NCBI GenBank assembly: GCA_038134595.1
Contig: JAYPVM010000003.1
Coordinates: 191,729 to 255,728, forward strand
Source of the DNA: Pseudomonadota bacterium
Lineage (GTDB): Bacteria > Bdellovibrionota_C > UBA2361 > OMII01
Reading direction: 5' to 3'
DNA: 64,000 nt
Under the pieces are notes generated by a model that searched no databases, had not been told where the DNA came from, and worked only from the letters and a program-made list of their open reading frames with translations. A program made the translations under genes and the position numbers. Positions 1 through 10,105 of the stretch are shown here, piece after piece; position 1 is the first letter of the stretch; each line of letters opens with the position of its first letter.

Positions 1-74
1 CTAAGAAGTCTACTGCAAAGAAGACTACAGCTAAGAAGTCTACTGCAAAGAAGACAGCTGCTAAGAAAAAATAG
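1..74 (+). CDS. 3' end of a gene with a Lys/Ala/Thr-rich histone-H1-like tail (partial)
   Basis: Frame from base 3 reads KKSTAKKTTAKKSTAKKTAAKKK-stop (TAG 72-74); 30-bp tandem unit; strong terminator follows. Confidence 0.75.
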   Translation, partial: KKSTAKKTTAKKSTAKKTAAKKK

Positions 75-99
75 TTAGTCCTACTAGCTATTTTGTATG

Positions 100-136
100 C
101 GCCACAAGTCCTTTTGGATTTGTGGCGTTTTTTTTT
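100..136 (+). terminator. Rho-independent terminator
   Basis: CGCCACAAGTCC-TTTT-GGATTTGTGGCG stem (one G-U pair) followed by a 9-T run. Confidence 0.9.
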
Positions 137-291
137 CTTTGGTGAATGTTGGTTCTCGAAAGTATCTATCCGTCGGTCGAGGTGGTTTAAGTGATTTGGT
201 ACGTTACTTAGATAGTCTGCTCTAGGTTGGCAGTCGACGATTTGCTTCCCGGATTGGTAAGAGCGTCAAAGCCATCTTTGAGTTTTGATGT

Positions 292-2091
292 CTATCTATC
301 GAAACCAACCTGACTAGAGGCGTTTTCTGCTCCTAGATCTTCACTACGTAGCCGAGCTCCGAAAAGTTGTCCAGCTGCAAAGACTATCCGAGGCTCACCT
401 GCCTTACTGCCATCAGGTCCATCTCGTAGAGGAAAGGCGACGTCAATCCTGACTATCCCGCCGCCTGAGGAGCGCGGAAAGCAAAATCGGAGTCCTACTC
501 CAAAGTCACCATAGAGGTCATCGCTTAATAGGGTGCCAAGTGAGTCTCGAGAGGCTCCGCCCACGTCAGCGAATACAGCTGTTCCTAGACTTACCAATTG
601 GAATATATCATCAGCTATGTGCGCACGCTCTTCAAAGGTCACACCAAATCGCTTGTCCCCTTCAAAGGTATTAATTTCATAGCCACGCAGAACATTGTCT
701 GCGCCGATCAACAATTGGCGATCTCTGTCTAGGTCGTGGCCGTAGTCGATGAAAAACTGGCTTGCCAGCGTATGTCTACCCAGGAAGTAGTCTTTATAAA
801 AGTAATCGCCAAAAACCGAATAGAATTTGGTTTCACCGCGTATAAGCGTGTTGTTAAGTTGTTCTCGATCTAGCCGTCCCGCGCCCCCTAACTCTGCCCG
901 CAAAAACGATTTTTCAGAGAAGCGCCACCCCTTGCTACGGTTTACGTTCATCAAAAAGCTGTTAGTTCGAGAGCCCATACTGCGAGGAGAGAGGGTGAGG
1001 TTTACGAGCGATTCATCTCCAAGGTTATAGTCGAGTACCCGGTCGAACCTATCTATATAATTCATCGAGATGAATTCTGGCTGAATGTTCTGATACTGAA
1101 GAATCATCCCGCTAAAGCGCCTATTATTTGCCAGGCGGGAGGGGTCGTTGCTCACCACCGTCGGATCTAGGTCAAGGTCTGAATAATCCCCTTGATTGGC
1201 CTGATAGAAGCTCGCTGAATTGTACGCCCATCCGACAGAATATCTCTGAGAGAGAACGGTCTGTCCCTTGTAGATTCCAGTATACGGGTCGTCTTTCGTT
1301 GCGGGATGAGCGCTGGGCCCAGCAAAGGTGTAGAGAGCCTGAAAGTCGTCGATGTGTTGTCGAAAGATATACTCCTCGGTTCCAGCGTTAAACAGGCGAC
1401 CGATAGTATTTGCCTGCGAGATATTAAAAGACCACGCGTCTCTTTGTAATAGGTGTCGAAAGGGCAATCCGTAGCCCAATTGGTAAATGTTACCGTCGGA
1501 GCGACTTGCGTACCCAGAAGTTAAAAATTTTCGCGTACCTAGAAATTGCGGATCGGTCACGGCGAATGCATAGGTTTTTCGAGACGCTTGTTCCTGATAT
1601 CGGAGGTCGACCTTGGTGGCACCACCGCCGAAGTTTGCCTCAGTTAATCCGATTCCGCGATTTCTTTGGCCTGTACCCGACGAGTAACTAAGAAACGGAA
1701 TGGTTGTCCAGCTGTCTCTTGCTGAGACCAGGATATCAACGGCATCCCCGTCAAAAGTCGGTATAACTTTGATGTCTCTTAGGAACCTTTGTAGTCTCAA
1801 GTTTCTGGCAGTTTGTCGGAGCAAATAAGGGTCAAATTCATCCCCCTCTTTGAATAGAAGCTCTGTTCGGATGACGCTCTCTCGTGTCGAAACCTTGAGT
1901 TTTTCAGCAATGTCGTACAGGGCTCCCGAATTATCCTCGAATATCTCCCCGATTTCTACCTTGATAGAGCGAATGAACTTCTTCTCTGTGCCCACCGTTG
2001 GTGCGGGAGCGCCCCAGGAGGCGCGGCAGAGGACTACTAAAATAACAAGCGCAGTAGTAGATATTTTAGAACGTATTGCGGAGAGGCCCAT
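292..2091 (-). CDS. Omp85/BamA-TamA family outer membrane protein (about one POTRA + beta-barrel)
   Basis: Signal peptide; POTRA-like TRESVIRTELLFKEGDEFD; barrel motif VLRGY; C-terminal FGVGLRF...VRIDVAFPL. Confidence 0.85.
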   Translation of the reverse strand: MGLSAIRSKISTTALVILVVLCRASWGAPAPTVGTEKKFIRSIKVEIGEIFEDNSGALYDIAEKLKVSTRESVIRTELLFKEGDEFDPYLLRQTARNLRLQRFLRDIKVIPTFDGDAVDILVSARDSWTTIPFLSYSSGTGQRNRGIGLTEANFGGGATKVDLRYQEQASRKTYAFAVTDPQFLGTRKFLTSGYASRSDGNIYQLGYGLPFRHLLQRDAWSFNISQANTIGRLFNAGTEEYIFRQHIDDFQALYTFAGPSAHPATKDDPYTGIYKGQTVLSQRYSVGWAYNSASFYQANQGDYSDLDLDPTVVSNDPSRLANNRRFSGMILQYQNIQPEFISMNYIDRFDRVLDYNLGDESLVNLTLSPRSMGSRTNSFLMNVNRSKGWRFSEKSFLRAELGGAGRLDREQLNNTLIRGETKFYSVFGDYFYKDYFLGRHTLASQFFIDYGHDLDRDRQLLIGADNVLRGYEINTFEGDKRFGVTFEERAHIADDIFQLVSLGTAVFADVGGASRDSLGTLLSDDLYGDFGVGLRFCFPRSSGGGIVRIDVAFPLRDGPDGSKAGEPRIVFAAGQLFGARLRSEDLGAENASSQVGFDR

Positions 2092-2491
2092 GAGCTACGT
2101 AAAATTAATCTATAGACCCTGCTCAAATATACAGAATGGTGTCCATATACCAGCGATCTACATTAGCGTTTCTATCTCCAAGGCCCTCCACAAGGGTGCT
2201 TAAGCCAAAGAGATCATTGGAGACTAATTAGTAAGATGAGGAGACCACAGAATCGACTCGATTGCTAGGTGTGAAATCGAGGTGTTGGGTGTGCAGTCGG
2301 CTATGTCCGGTCTGAGTCGAGGGGCTGACTTGTGCCGACGAAGAAACCCCTTTTGAGCAGATCTGTGGGGATCAGTGGTTTTGTGACAAGAGGTGATTAG
2401 GTCTTAAATGGGATTTTGCAAAGAGCTGATGCTCGCAGATAAACACTTGTCATGATTGACGGATTTAAGCGATGCAGGTATCTTTCAGGGC

Positions 2492-3775
2492 ATGGGAGAC
2501 CTATCTTTTTCCAAAAAAATTGCATTGCGATACCTGTGGAGCAAACGCACTGAGGCATTTATTTCAATCATATCGATTGTCTCTGTGGTTGGGGTAGCCA
2601 TTGGAGTGATGGTGCTTTCAATTGTTATGGCAGTGATGACCGGTTTTGAGCATGAGCTCAGGGATAAGATTGTTGGTACTGATTCTCATATCGTGGTGAC
2701 CAATAATACGGGAGGAAGAATAGATGGATGGACGGACCTGTCGGAAAAGATTGCGAAAGTCGTAGGAGTAGCTTCTGTCTCCCCGTATACCTATAACCAG
2801 GTTTTAATGCGTAGTAGTTCGCGCTCGGTTGGGGTGTTGGTGCGGGGTATTGCAAAGGGAAGCGCATCCGCTGATCAGGTAGCTTCATACGTTCCGGCTG
2901 ATCAAACTCTAGAAAAGCTCTTTGATCCGGAGCCGATAGTTGTTCCAGATTCCAGCGGAGGGGAGAGGGATGTCACAATACCGGGGATTCTTATTGGTCG
3001 TTCATTGGCGCGGAATCTCGGAGTGTTTGTAGGTACACCGATTTCAGTTCTCTCTCCACAACTAAACTCGACACCGTTTGGTCTTGTGCCGCGATTTCGG
3101 AGGTTTGTTGTAGTCGGAACCTACAGTTCCGGATTGATTGAGTATGAGAGCGGAGTAGCGTATGTTGACATGAATCAAGCTCAAAAGTTCTTTGGCTTTG
3201 ACGGAGGCGTCTCCGGGTTAGAGGTACGGGTTGATTCTATCGATGATGCCAGTCGCGTAGCTGACGAAATCCGCCGTGCTCTGGGTGATCAAGCTCGATT
3301 TTTCTCCGTGCGAGATTGGACTGAAACTAATCGACCTCTGTGGGAGGCTATACAATTAGAGAAGCGAGTTTATTTCATAGTTCTTCTTCTCATTATAGTC
3401 ATGGCAAGTTTCTCTATTGTTACAACTCTTATAATGATTGTTTTAGAAAAGCGAAAAGATATAGCGATTATGAAAACCATGGGAGCCACAACGAAGAGCA
3501 TTTCAGCGATCTTTCGCATTCAAGGAGCGGTGATTGGTGGTGTCGGAACCCTAGTAGGCTTAGGATTGGGTTTTATGGGTTGCTTTTCGTTGAAACACTT
3601 TGGCTTTCCTATAGATGAGCGAATCTTTCAGATGTCCACTTTGCCGATACACATAGACCCGCTCAACTTTATCGTTGTGGGTGTTTCTGCGTTTCTGATC
3701 TGTGTGGTTGCAACAATGTATCCCGCTTGGCGGGCTACGCAATTGGAGCCAAGTGATGTTTTGCGTCACGATTAA
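2492..3775 (+). CDS. lolE: Lipoprotein-releasing ABC transporter permease LolC/E
   Basis: IALRYLWSKR...FISIIS..GVAIGV..LSIVMAVMTGFE; EKRKDIAIMKTMGA; directly upstream of lolD; ATG 2492 preferred over TTG 2456. Confidence 0.92.
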   Translation: MGDLSFSKKIALRYLWSKRTEAFISIISIVSVVGVAIGVMVLSIVMAVMTGFEHELRDKIVGTDSHIVVTNNTGGRIDGWTDLSEKIAKVVGVASVSPYTYNQVLMRSSSRSVGVLVRGIAKGSASADQVASYVPADQTLEKLFDPEPIVVPDSSGGERDVTIPGILIGRSLARNLGVFVGTPISVLSPQLNSTPFGLVPRFRRFVVVGTYSSGLIEYESGVAYVDMNQAQKFFGFDGGVSGLEVRVDSIDDASRVADEIRRALGDQARFFSVRDWTETNRPLWEAIQLEKRVYFIVLLLIIVMASFSIVTTLIMIVLEKRKDIAIMKTMGATTKSISAIFRIQGAVIGGVGTLVGLGLGFMGCFSLKHFGFPIDERIFQMSTLPIHIDPLNFIVVGVSAFLICVVATMYPAWRATQLEPSDVLRHD

Positions 3776-3792
3776 GGTTTCTCGGGAAGTTT

Positions 3793-4470
3793 ATGCAAGT
3801 AAAAGTCGAACATGTGACAAAATCTTACCGCGACGCTGACCACGACTTAGTGGTTCTTGAAGACGTGAGTTTCTGTTTTCCCTCTCAGAGTACAGTGGCG
3901 ATAGTCGGTCGGTCAGGTATCGGAAAATCGACTTTGTTGCACCTTCTTGGAGGCCTTGATGTACCTACCAACGGTAAGATCTACCATGACAGTACGTGTA
4001 TCAGTGAGCTACGAGTCGACGAACGAGCCAGATTTAGGGCCGCCAAGGTTGGTTTTATATTTCAATTTCATCATTTGCTACCAGAATTTTCGGCTCTCGA
4101 AAACGTTGGAATGCCTTTAATTATAGCTGGTGTTACGGAAGAGGAGGCTCGTGGTAAGTCGGAGAGACTCTTAGAGCGGATGGGACTAAAGAGCCGAAAG
4201 GAGCACTTGCCGTCTCAACTCTCGGGCGGAGAGCAACAAAGAGTCGCCATAGCGCGCGCCCTGATTGCTGAGCCTCAGTTGGTGCTTGCAGACGAGCCGA
4301 CAGGTAACCTCGATGTAAAGACTGCGGAGGGGGTGCAAGAGCTGCTACTTGAGATTAATAAAGAGCGGGGAAACACGCTAATCGTGGTAACCCACAACAA
4401 AGATTTGGCAGAGAGTATGGATCTGGCAGTTGAGATGTTACCACGTGGGGCACTAGTTCCTGTGTCGTAG
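3793..4470 (+). CDS. lolD: Lipoprotein-releasing ABC transporter ATP-binding protein
   Basis: Walker A GRSGIGKST; LolD motif GFIFQFHHLLPEFSALENV; LSGGEQQR; LADEPTGNLD. Confidence 0.95.
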   Translation: MQVKVEHVTKSYRDADHDLVVLEDVSFCFPSQSTVAIVGRSGIGKSTLLHLLGGLDVPTNGKIYHDSTCISELRVDERARFRAAKVGFIFQFHHLLPEFSALENVGMPLIIAGVTEEEARGKSERLLERMGLKSRKEHLPSQLSGGEQQRVAIARALIAEPQLVLADEPTGNLDVKTAEGVQELLLEINKERGNTLIVVTHNKDLAESMDLAVEMLPRGALVPVS

Positions 4471-4538
4471 GTGACGATAGTCGGAAACAGAGTGTGACGA
4501 GTTGTTGGTATGAGAATAGTAGGACAGGGGCATCGATA

Positions 4539-6824
4539 ATGGTTAAATTTTCATGGATGACGCTAGCGTTGGTGATACTAGGGGCATCTCCTATTGTCGG
4601 ACACGCCGAAACCTCCTATCGCGTTGACAGTGTCGAGGTTTCTGGAACTACCCGCATTGACCAAGCGGCCGTGGAATCCGAACTCGTTGCTGCCGCAGGA
4701 GTTGTTTCGCAGGCAAGCATCAAGAAAGACATCAAGATGCTGTACAATACTGGTTTTTTTGATCAAGTAAGCGTGCGCGCGACACCCAGCAAAAAAGGAG
4801 GAGTGTCACTTACGTATGTCGTTGTTGAAAAACCTGTCGCGCGAAAGATTTTTATTAAAGGAAATGACGAGGTGTCTAGTAAGGACCTAACGGAGGTGCT
4901 TCGTCTTGAAGGTAAGCGGTTTGTTGACAAAAACAAGTTGGTTGCGCTGATAAAAAAGGCGAGCAGTTTCTATCAAGGTCGGGGTTTTTATGACGTAACC
5001 TTGGATTATTCAACCGTACCGGTTGGTCAAAATTCAGTCGATATAACTTTTTCTATTGCTGAGGGAAAGAGATATAGGGTTCGAGAAGTGATATTGCGCG
5101 GAGCGTCCGATATGGATGGCGACGATATACGCTCTGTTATTCAGACAAAACGTTATAAGTGGTGGAACTCGTGGTTGCTTGGAACCGGCCGAGTCAACAA
5201 GGAGATGATGGATGCCGACAAGCAGATTATCAAACAATACATGCTCGACCATGGTCGTCTTGAAGGCAGCGTTGGTGAGGCATCTGTAGAGAAGCGAGGG
5301 GATGGTCTCTATGTAACCTATGATATAACAGAGGGGCCAGAGTATCGTATCGGTAGCTTATCTGCGACCGGAGATCTTGTCAGAAACTCTGAGGCTGAGA
5401 CAATCTCTGATATCAAGGCCAAGGTGGGAGAGGTGTTTAATGCCTCGCTAGTGAGAGAAGATATATTCACGATCACAGATCGGTTTGGAGACGAAGGATA
5501 TGCGTTCGCAAACGTGGTTCCGAACACCATGTTAAACAAGTCTCTCGGTACAGTTGATATTGACTTTCAGTCTTCTCAGGGGCAGCAAGTGACGGTTAAT
5601 AGGATTAACATAACCGGGAACGAGAAAACGTACGATCACGTGATTCGGCGGTGGTTGGCGATTGAAGAGCAGGATACATACTCGGGCGCCAAAATTAGGC
5701 GCAGCCAGACGTTGCTGCAAAGATTAGGCTACTTTGACGAGGTTACTATAGCTAATAAGGCAACTGACAAACCTGATATGGTAGACCTTGATGTAGTGGT
5801 CAAGGAGGCGAGTACGGGAAGTTTTAGTGCAGGGGCTGGGTACTCAACGGCTAATGGCACGCTTTTTAATGCAAAGGTCTCTGAGAGTAATCTCCTTGGG
5901 ACAGGAAGAAAACTCAATTTGAATCTTGATTTTGGATCTCAGATAAGCAATCAGGTGTTGTCGATAGATGATAACCGGATTAACGACTCCTGGGTGGCGG
6001 GAGGCTTAGACCTTTTTCGTACTACCCGACAGTTTAATGATTTTGACCGTAATCTAGCCGGTGGTGGACTCAGTGTTGGGTATCCCTTGGAAAGGCTGGT
6101 TGGCGATTGGGCTGAGGATATAAACGTTAACCTAAAGTACGACCTTCAACATGTTACAATTAAGAATGTAGAGGACTACGCATCCCAGTTTGTCAAAGAC
6201 TCTGAGGGAAAGTCAGTCGCATCATCTATCACGCCGAGTCTCGTGCGAAATACGATTAACAATCCTTTGAATCCAGTGCGGGGTTCAAAGCAATCCGTGA
6301 GTATAGAAATTGCTGGCCTTGGTGGCGACCAGGACTATTATCTTCTTGAGTTGCGCAACGCTTGGTTTTATCCTCTCTGGGAGACTTCATTTGGTGAGTT
6401 TGTCCTTTCGGATAGGACTGCATTCGGATTCGGCGAGAGTCTAAACGACGATCCGTTTCCTCTCTTTAAGCGATTTTTTCCCGGGGGAATCAACTCCGTT
6501 CGTGGATACAGGAATAGAACTCTCGGACCCGAGGATGCTGATGGCCGAGAATATGGTGGTAGCAAGCAGTTTGTTAATAATCTAGAGGTAATATTCCCCC
6601 TCATTAATTCTGCTGGTTTTAGGGGTGTTGTGTTCTACGACGTTGGACAGGCTTTTGACGACAATGAATCGATCGGTATCGATCAATTGCGGCAGGCGTG
6701 GGGCTACGGAGTTAGATGGAATTCCCCATTAGGTCCAATACGAGTTGAGTTCGGCTATCCTATCAATAAGCAACCAGGAGAGAGGGGGGTGCAGACGATG
6801 TTCTCTTTTGGAGCGCCACTCTAA
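4539..6824 (+). CDS. bamA: Outer membrane protein assembly factor BamA
   Basis: Signal peptide, multiple POTRA repeats, ITGNEKTYDHVIRR, STGSFSAGAGYS, SVRGY, WNSPLGPIRVEFG; lolE-lolD-bamA synteny; ATG 4539 likely (GTG 4494 alternative). Confidence 0.95.
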   Translation: MVKFSWMTLALVILGASPIVGHAETSYRVDSVEVSGTTRIDQAAVESELVAAAGVVSQASIKKDIKMLYNTGFFDQVSVRATPSKKGGVSLTYVVVEKPVARKIFIKGNDEVSSKDLTEVLRLEGKRFVDKNKLVALIKKASSFYQGRGFYDVTLDYSTVPVGQNSVDITFSIAEGKRYRVREVILRGASDMDGDDIRSVIQTKRYKWWNSWLLGTGRVNKEMMDADKQIIKQYMLDHGRLEGSVGEASVEKRGDGLYVTYDITEGPEYRIGSLSATGDLVRNSEAETISDIKAKVGEVFNASLVREDIFTITDRFGDEGYAFANVVPNTMLNKSLGTVDIDFQSSQGQQVTVNRINITGNEKTYDHVIRRWLAIEEQDTYSGAKIRRSQTLLQRLGYFDEVTIANKATDKPDMVDLDVVVKEASTGSFSAGAGYSTANGTLFNAKVSESNLLGTGRKLNLNLDFGSQISNQVLSIDDNRINDSWVAGGLDLFRTTRQFNDFDRNLAGGGLSVGYPLERLVGDWAEDINVNLKYDLQHVTIKNVEDYASQFVKDSEGKSVASSITPSLVRNTINNPLNPVRGSKQSVSIEIAGLGGDQDYYLLELRNAWFYPLWETSFGEFVLSDRTAFGFGESLNDDPFPLFKRFFPGGINSVRGYRNRTLGPEDADGREYGGSKQFVNNLEVIFPLINSAGFRGVVFYDVGQAFDDNESIGIDQLRQAWGYGVRWNSPLGPIRVEFGYPINKQPGERGVQTMFSFGAPL

Positions 6825-6889
6825 CTATTCGGGAGCCAGTTTAGTTGTACTTTATTACCTCGTCCAAGCTCCGTGGAATCTAAACGGTT

Positions 6890-8119
6890 CTAGGCTTCAA
6901 CAGGCTCGGCAGTCGTTTCGTTGCCGATTGTGGTAGTTTCATCCTCTTCGTGCTCTAAGAAGAGGTTGTGTCCCCGTTGTCTAATAACTGCCATGGTATC
7001 GTGATAACCTACCTCTAGCAGTGCGTTTAGATACTCGGGGTCTAACGCCACGTATGACATTACTTCGTAAGCGAGGTCTTCTCCCAATTTATTTTTAACG
7101 AGAACAAAGAACGGCCATAGGGCTCCGCACGCATCCATAAATCGCTTGCGAGAGCTTCCAACAGCTTGCTTTAGAAAAGGTCCGAGCGCAGAAGCATTTT
7201 TAATCGTAAGAGTTAAAGGAGGCCTCATGCAGAAAGTATCGACGGCCGCTGGAACCTCCCAGCTTGGTCTCGTATCATGAGGCTCGCCGTATCGATCAAA
7301 CCACCAGGTGCGCCCAGATATATCTATGACGATAATACGATGGGAGCCGAGTCGAACGGCCGGGTCTACCGGTATATTTTGGCAGATACCTCCATCGATA
7401 AGCCGGACGGTACCACTGCCGGTATCAATTTCTACCGGCGGAAGCAATGAGGGTAGCGCGGCAGAGGCAAAGCCATGCTTGGATGTTAATTCGTTAACAT
7501 AACACACGTCAAAAGAAGCTCCCTCCATTGCGTGTTCAGCAAGTGGAGTGTGGGAGCTTAAGAATACTAATGGCTTTCTTGTATCACCCTCAAGGGTCGT
7601 CATAACTCCGATTGACTTAAGCGATGGGGCTCTGCTTTCAGGGCGCAATCCGCCGTGACGAGCGAGCTCATCGTCGATACGCGTTCGTAATGGCTCAGGG
7701 TCAAAAATGGCTAAATTTGAACTGTGCGGACCCGGATCGACATATTGCTTTGCGGCTATTCTCATAGCGCGGAGAAAGGCCCGTGCACGGGAGCCAGAGA
7801 ATGTGTTGTTGAATGTTCGCTCCCGCCACATATCTTCGAGAGTGGCTACAGCATGTTGAAACCCCTCTTTCATGCAGGCGCCAAGAACCAGGCCATTTAT
7901 TGCTCCAATACTACTGCCCAAAATGTGTGAGGTGCTGTTAAGATCTTTCGAGAGAACCTGAGAGAGCGCCTTAAGAGCCCCAGCTTGATACGCGGCGCGA
8001 ACACCCCCTCCAGATAAAACTATTCCAATATCACTTTCGTTTGAGCTAAGGGACTGCCTAAATCTGACTGCGCGCTGATTAGGGTGTTGAGGTCGTCTAC
8101 GCATACAAAGGCTTTGCAA
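6890..8119 (-). CDS. Patatin-like phospholipase
   Basis: LSGGGVRAAYQAG oxyanion motif, GSSIG nucleophile, ASAALP, DGG; start uncertain. Confidence 0.9.
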   Translation of the reverse strand: MQSLCMRRRPQHPNQRAVRFRQSLSSNESDIGIVLSGGGVRAAYQAGALKALSQVLSKDLNSTSHILGSSIGAINGLVLGACMKEGFQHAVATLEDMWRERTFNNTFSGSRARAFLRAMRIAAKQYVDPGPHSSNLAIFDPEPLRTRIDDELARHGGLRPESRAPSLKSIGVMTTLEGDTRKPLVFLSSHTPLAEHAMEGASFDVCYVNELTSKHGFASAALPSLLPPVEIDTGSGTVRLIDGGICQNIPVDPAVRLGSHRIIVIDISGRTWWFDRYGEPHDTRPSWEVPAAVDTFCMRPPLTLTIKNASALGPFLKQAVGSSRKRFMDACGALWPFFVLVKNKLGEDLAYEVMSYVALDPEYLNALLEVGYHDTMAVIRQRGHNLFLEHEEDETTTIGNETTAEPVEA

Positions 8120-8330
8120 ATTCTCTTCCCATCGAAAAAAATCGACAGGATGGTAAATATCTTAACATCTGGGGGCTTAAATTATTCTTTTCTATACATA
8201 TTTGATGCTATAAAACCCGAGGACGATTTTTTTGACTCTTCCCCGTTTTTGCTAATTTTTTGAGTATGAAGCGTAAGATAAGAAAGAACAAGTCTCTCGG
8301 CACGGGAGGCTTCTCTAAGAGGTTGATTTA

Positions 8331-8990
8331 ATGAGAGATGTTATCACCGTTGATGGGCTTGCCGGGTCTGGTAAAAGCGCCCTGGCAAGAGCGCTTGCGA
8401 AGAAGCTTGGTTTTTGTCACCTCAATTCTGGTCTTGTGTATAGGCTCGTGGCTTATTTGACCTTGGAGAAGGGGCTAGATCCTCTGTGCGCATCGGATGT
8501 GTTGGAAGCTATGGAAAATAGGAGAATTGAGTTTGGCCAGGCGGCAGATGGTAGTTCTCAGATACTTGTCGATGGGGTGATGCATGCCAACGAACTGCAG
8601 GAGCCGCATATCTCCGAGGCTTCTTCTTTGGTGGCACGTCACCAGCTAGTTCGCGATAAAGTTCTTTCATTGCAACAAGAAGCGTATTTGCCTCGCGGTG
8701 TGGTAGCTGAGGGGCGAGATATGGGGACGGTAGTGTTTCCTGATGCAAAAGTGAAATTCTTTGTCGTGGGCTCGCTAGAGGTAAGGGCCACCCGTAGGTA
8801 TGAGCAGCTACGGGCGGCGGGAGAAGACGTTTCGGTTCAAGAAGTGCGAGAGGCTCTTCAACAGAGAGACGAACGAGATGCCTCAAGTAACGTCGGAACG
8901 ATGAGACAAGCAAAAGGAAGCGTGGTTATCGACAACTCGACAAAGGGGTTCTCGGACGTAGTGGATGAGATGTTAAACTTTATCGAGTAA
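8331..8990 (+). CDS. cmk: Cytidylate kinase
   Basis: ITVDGLAGSGKS, VAEGRDMGTVVFPDAKVKFF, RDERD. Confidence 0.95.
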   Translation: MRDVITVDGLAGSGKSALARALAKKLGFCHLNSGLVYRLVAYLTLEKGLDPLCASDVLEAMENRRIEFGQAADGSSQILVDGVMHANELQEPHISEASSLVARHQLVRDKVLSLQQEAYLPRGVVAEGRDMGTVVFPDAKVKFFVVGSLEVRATRRYEQLRAAGEDVSVQEVREALQQRDERDASSNVGTMRQAKGSVVIDNSTKGFSDVVDEMLNFIE

Positions 8991-9016
8991 AAAAACTTCA
9001 CCCTTTCCAGTGCTTT

Positions 9017-10105
9017 TTAGCGGGGCGATTCGGTCCCGCTGTTTAGGATGAAGGCTACAATGCCCATTACAATGTTTGCGCTCCACGCGGCGAGTAATGG
9101 CGGTAGGAGATCTGCCCGGCCCATTGAGATACTAAATGAGTCCACAGCGAAGTAGGTGAAAGCAATAAAAATTGCTAGGAGGGAGCTTACGGCCATGCTA
9201 CCTGATCGGGCTGGCAGTAGCGAAAACGGAAGGACTAGCATAGCCGTGATGCATATGACAAATGGAAATGCTAGTTTGTTGTACAGGTCGGGAAGGTACT
9301 GTGTTGTAGCTACGCCGTTGTCTTTTTGTCGTTTGATAAAGTTACTAAGCTGAGCAAAGCTCATTGTTGCCGGCTCATCATTGAAATCATAGAAGTCTTG
9401 CGGCTGCTCTCGAATTGGGAGAGGGAGAGATGAGAGCTTTTCTGAATGGATGTCATTTTCAAGTATGTAGAATCGAGAGACATCCTGCATAGTCCAGCCA
9501 AGACCTTGCTTAAGCCAGTCGACTTTTTTTGCCTCAGTTCGATGACTAACTTCCCATTTTTGGTTGAGCGTAAATTCAGATAAGTTGTGCATTGATCTTG
9601 TTTTTGAGCTAAAAAGATCAATTGCAAAAAATCGATTTCCACTACGCCACCAGAAATCACTTTGATTGTACGAGCCTTTTTTGTCTTTTTGCTTTATTTT
9701 TAGATTGTAGATCTCTTTTTGATACCGCTCGGAAGAGGGAACGACAACTTCATTGAGAAATAACGATACGAGGGTAAGGACGGCCCCAAGGAGTATAAGG
9801 GGTCGGGCAAGCCATGACACAGTCATCCCGCTGGCACGCATGGCGGTTAGCTCGGAGCTTTTGGATAGAAGACCAAATGTAAACAGCGTCGAGAAGATCA
9901 TGGCCACCGGGAGCATTAGGGTAATAATGCGGGGAATTTTACAACCGAAGTATTGAATAATCAGCCATAGTGAGGAGTGTTCGGTTAGAACGTTGTCTAT
10001 CCTATCGAAAAAATCAACCATTAGAAACAGAAAGACAAATGTGGCTAAGCCGATGGAGAAGTTCCGTAGTAGTAGGGTTGCTATATATCTGTGAAATATC
10101 TTCAT
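9017..10105 (-). CDS. lptG: LPS export ABC transporter permease LptG
   Basis: YjgP/YjgQ pattern SELTAMRASGMT; LPPLLAAWSANI; follows lptF with a 4-bp overlap. Confidence 0.9.
   Translation of the reverse strand: MKIFHRYIATLLLRNFSIGLATFVFLFLMVDFFDRIDNVLTEHSSLWLIIQYFGCKIPRIITLMLPVAMIFSTLFTFGLLSKSSELTAMRASGMTVSWLARPLILLGAVLTLVSLFLNEVVVPSSERYQKEIYNLKIKQKDKKGSYNQSDFWWRSGNRFFAIDLFSSKTRSMHNLSEFTLNQKWEVSHRTEAKKVDWLKQGLGWTMQDVSRFYILENDIHSEKLSSLPLPIREQPQDFYDFNDEPATMSFAQLSNFIKRQKDNGVATTQYLPDLYNKLAFPFVICITAMLVLPFSLLPARSGSMAVSSLLAIFIAFTYFAVDSFSISMGRADLLPPLLAAWSANIVMGIVAFILNSGTESPR

Noticed and set aside
1..74. Assigning the Lys-rich tail to a specific gene such as rplQ or topA
   Set aside because: Only the low-complexity tail is in the window.
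6890..8119. Split PlpD (type Vd) system made of the patatin and the Omp85 paralogue
   Set aside because: The patatin has no signal peptide and is separated from the Omp85 gene by three unrelated genes.
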